This document shows positions 30,470 through 32,000 of a stretch of 32,000 bases of DNA, piece after piece; within the stretch, counting starts at the first letter, position 1; each line of letters starts with the position of its first letter. Origin of the DNA: Sulfolobus acidocaldarius DSM 639. GTDB taxonomy: Archaea > Thermoproteota > Thermoprotei_A > Sulfolobales > Sulfolobaceae. The stretch is from positions 510,001 to 542,000 of the forward strand of contig NC_007181.1 of NCBI RefSeq assembly GCF_000012285.1. The letters run 5' to 3'. The notes beneath the pieces were generated by a model. It worked only from the letters and a program-made list of their open reading frames with translations, was not told where the DNA came from and did not search any database. The translations under genes and the position numbers were made by a program.

Positions 30470-31363
30470 TTACTCTAAAAATCTCCTTTCCTGGATAAAA
30501 TAAGTTACTTTCGAGAGCATCATAGCCCCCCATATTCTTTGGCGCACGCTCATTTTAGTAATCCCGCCGTTTATTACTTGATCTAAATACCATTTATATA
30601 GCCTTAAAGTTCCAGATAAATACTTAGGATCGCCAGTAACCGCAAATACTACACCGTTTTTAGAACATGCTATTATTGCAACTGTCTGCAACATATCAAG
30701 ATTTTCAGGCACATTAGGCCTTCCATTAATTATTTCAAACATCGGAACTAAGTACTTATCATCATAATATCTAATTTTCTCTACTGCAGAATTATCTTTC
30801 TTATAATTTAGCATTAATTGACCTAAACCTTTTATGGAAGCCATCATGATTTCTATGTCGTTGATATTCTGAATTCCTCCTCTCTTCTCTATTTTCTCTA
30901 GCTCACCTAATAACACCTTTACAGCCTCAGATAGAATGCTGGAATCTTTTAAGGTGTAAGATAGTTTTGCTAGTGCAAGAAGATCCTCTGCCCAAAACTC
31001 TTTAATTCCAAATATTTTTCTCTTTGCTTTATATATAAGCTCTAAATTCTTTGTCATATCATAAAGTTTTAGAATATATAATGCATCATGATCAATTTTT
31101 CTTTGATCTAATAATTCATTTACTCTCTCATAAATACTGCTATCCCCTAACACGAAATAGGAATCTAGAAGAGACCATATGTACAAGCTAAATTCCCTAT
31201 CATTCAAATCTTTATCGTTAAGATAATATACAGTATTAACCAGTTCTCTTATAACGTTTAGTGCTATGTTAATATCTATTTTAGCTCTAACTATTTCTCT
31301 TTCTAATGTCTCTCTGAGTTCTGGTCTTTCTAGTACGGGATTAAGATCTAGCCTTACAGGCAT
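30470..31363 (-). CDS. YyaL/SPATA20-like (alpha/alpha)6-toroid repeat protein lacking the N-terminal thioredoxin-like (DUF255) domain
   Basis: REFSLYIWSLLDSYFVLGDSSIYERVNELL matches the family repeat DDYAFLIWGLLELYEATGDPRYLE recalled from YyaL-type proteins. Further repeats are AEDLLALAKLSYTLKDSSILSEA and VFAVTGDPKYLSGTLRLYKW. At 297 aa it covers only part of the toroid. Confidence 0.4.
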   Translation of the reverse strand: MPVRLDLNPVLERPELRETLEREIVRAKIDINIALNVIRELVNTVYYLNDKDLNDREFSLYIWSLLDSYFVLGDSSIYERVNELLDQRKIDHDALYILKLYDMTKNLELIYKAKRKIFGIKEFWAEDLLALAKLSYTLKDSSILSEAVKVLLGELEKIEKRGGIQNINDIEIMMASIKGLGQLMLNYKKDNSAVEKIRYYDDKYLVPMFEIINGRPNVPENLDMLQTVAIIACSKNGVVFAVTGDPKYLSGTLRLYKWYLDQVINGGITKMSVRQRIWGAMMLSKVTYFIQERRFLE

Positions 31364-31712
31364 TTTTATCGATTATATGTATAAGTTAAACAGCTTTTTT
31401 TTATTCTCAATACTTTTGAAAAATTTTTAAACTTATCGGGTTTTCCTAACATCTTTCTTTTTTTAAGTATTAAATATATCGATTGATCTGATTAAAACTT
31501 TATTTTCGATTTTAGGAAATCATATGTTCTTGGTTGTGATACCTGACGACCTAAAATCCATGATCGATACATGAAGGATGATACAAAGGATGATGATAGA
31601 TATGATGCATAGAGAAATAACAGGAAGAAAGTAGTATCGTGGCTTTTGAAAAAATAATTAGACACTACTATAAAATTCGAGTCTACATCGATGGGGAATA
31701 TCCTCAAAAGTA

Positions 31713-31750
31713 TGAGTCCGCCGAGATTTGAACTCGGATCACCGCCTCAT
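31713..31750 (-). mobile_element. orphan tRNA 3' portion (att-like): variable loop, T arm and acceptor 3' strand, with no 5' half
   Basis: The reverse complement reads ...AGGCG GTGAT CCGAG-TTCAAAT-CTCGG CGGACTC A. The sequence on the high-coordinate side, where the anticodon loop and 5' half should be, does not fold as a tRNA. Confidence 0.6.
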
Positions 31751-32000
31751 AGGGCCAGTGTACTTAAGTGTTAATAAACTGAAAGTAGACGATTTACTCT
31801 CAGACTTTTACGATAGAGCAGAGGTAATAGTATTCAAGAACAGATTTGACGCCACTGAAGATATACTAACTAAAGACGAGAAAGAGGTATTAGCAAATGT
31901 ACTAGTGAGAAGGGCTCAGGTGTTATCCGAGAAAGGTAAGTTGCCCAAAATTGGGACACCTTTTGCTGACTTTCTTGATAAAGGGTTTGAGTGTAAAATA
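31716..32000 (+). CDS. open reading frame running from the att-like fragment to the window end; candidate Int(C) part of an SSV-type integrase or another element-borne gene (3' end outside window)
   Basis: 95 codons with no stop: VRRDLNSDHRLIGPVYLSVNKLKVDDLLSDFYDRAEVIVFKNRFDATEDILTKDEKEVLANVLVRRAQVLSEKGKLPKIGTPFADFLDKGFECKI. It begins right after a TGA at 31713-31715 and reads through the tRNA complement. It is absent from the track because it has no stop within the window. No recombinase motif is reached yet. Confidence 0.3.

Noticed and set aside
31585-31625. GGATGATGATAGATATGATGCA looked like a C/D-box sRNA C box (RUGAUGA).
   Set aside because: No CUGA D or D' box follows within about 70 nt on that strand, and there is no terminal stem.
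31492-31707. 71-aa minus-strand ORF in the spacer before the att fragment.
   Set aside because: It is low complexity (F/S/L/Y-rich) with no promoter-like box at the right distance and no recognisable motif. It is probably chance in degraded DNA, although expression was not excluded.

Overview
This is a visibly AT-rich crenarchaeal chromosome segment. Gene content and order are typical of Sulfolobaceae and look like Sulfolobus acidocaldarius; that organism call is inferred from protein sequences and synteny recalled from memory, not from a search. Bases 1-25,250 are densely packed core genes. They include G1P dehydrogenase, FKBP, L37e, an aminopropyltransferase, SAH hydrolase, TFE, Trm56, HflX, MBF1, PAN, split archaeosine TGT, SmAP3, Rpo8, proteasome beta, HisRS, TFB3, thermosome, S17e, FBP aldolase/phosphatase and ABCE1. 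There are also 5 tRNA genes, 3 of them with introns. Many gene junctions are overlapped stop/start codons (ATGA, GTGA, TAATG), which suggests long translationally coupled arrays. Bases 25,255-32,000 are an accessory mosaic. This part holds at least four tRNA-linked remnants of SSV-type integrase/att junctions, one heavily decayed large tyrosine recombinase, two MFS-type permeases, and a YyaL-like toroid protein that lacks a thioredoxin domain. The most interesting unexplained items are: (i) the string S17e / diglycine beta-grasp protein / Cgi121-like ORF / membrane HerA-type ATPase, which lies beside tfb3; (ii) an unlisted leaderless 34-codon hyper-acidic Trp/Phe micro-ORF with an in-frame 18-bp tandem duplication upstream of ABCE1; (iii) a Trm56 gene whose conserved N-terminus has no ATG/GTG/TTG start; (iv) an orphan C5 cytosine methyltransferase inside an array of transcription and RNA-modification genes; (v) the integrase/att scars at tRNA-Val, tRNA-Arg(CCG) and two orphan tRNA 3' fragments. 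No CRISPR array, rRNA gene or intact IS element was seen.
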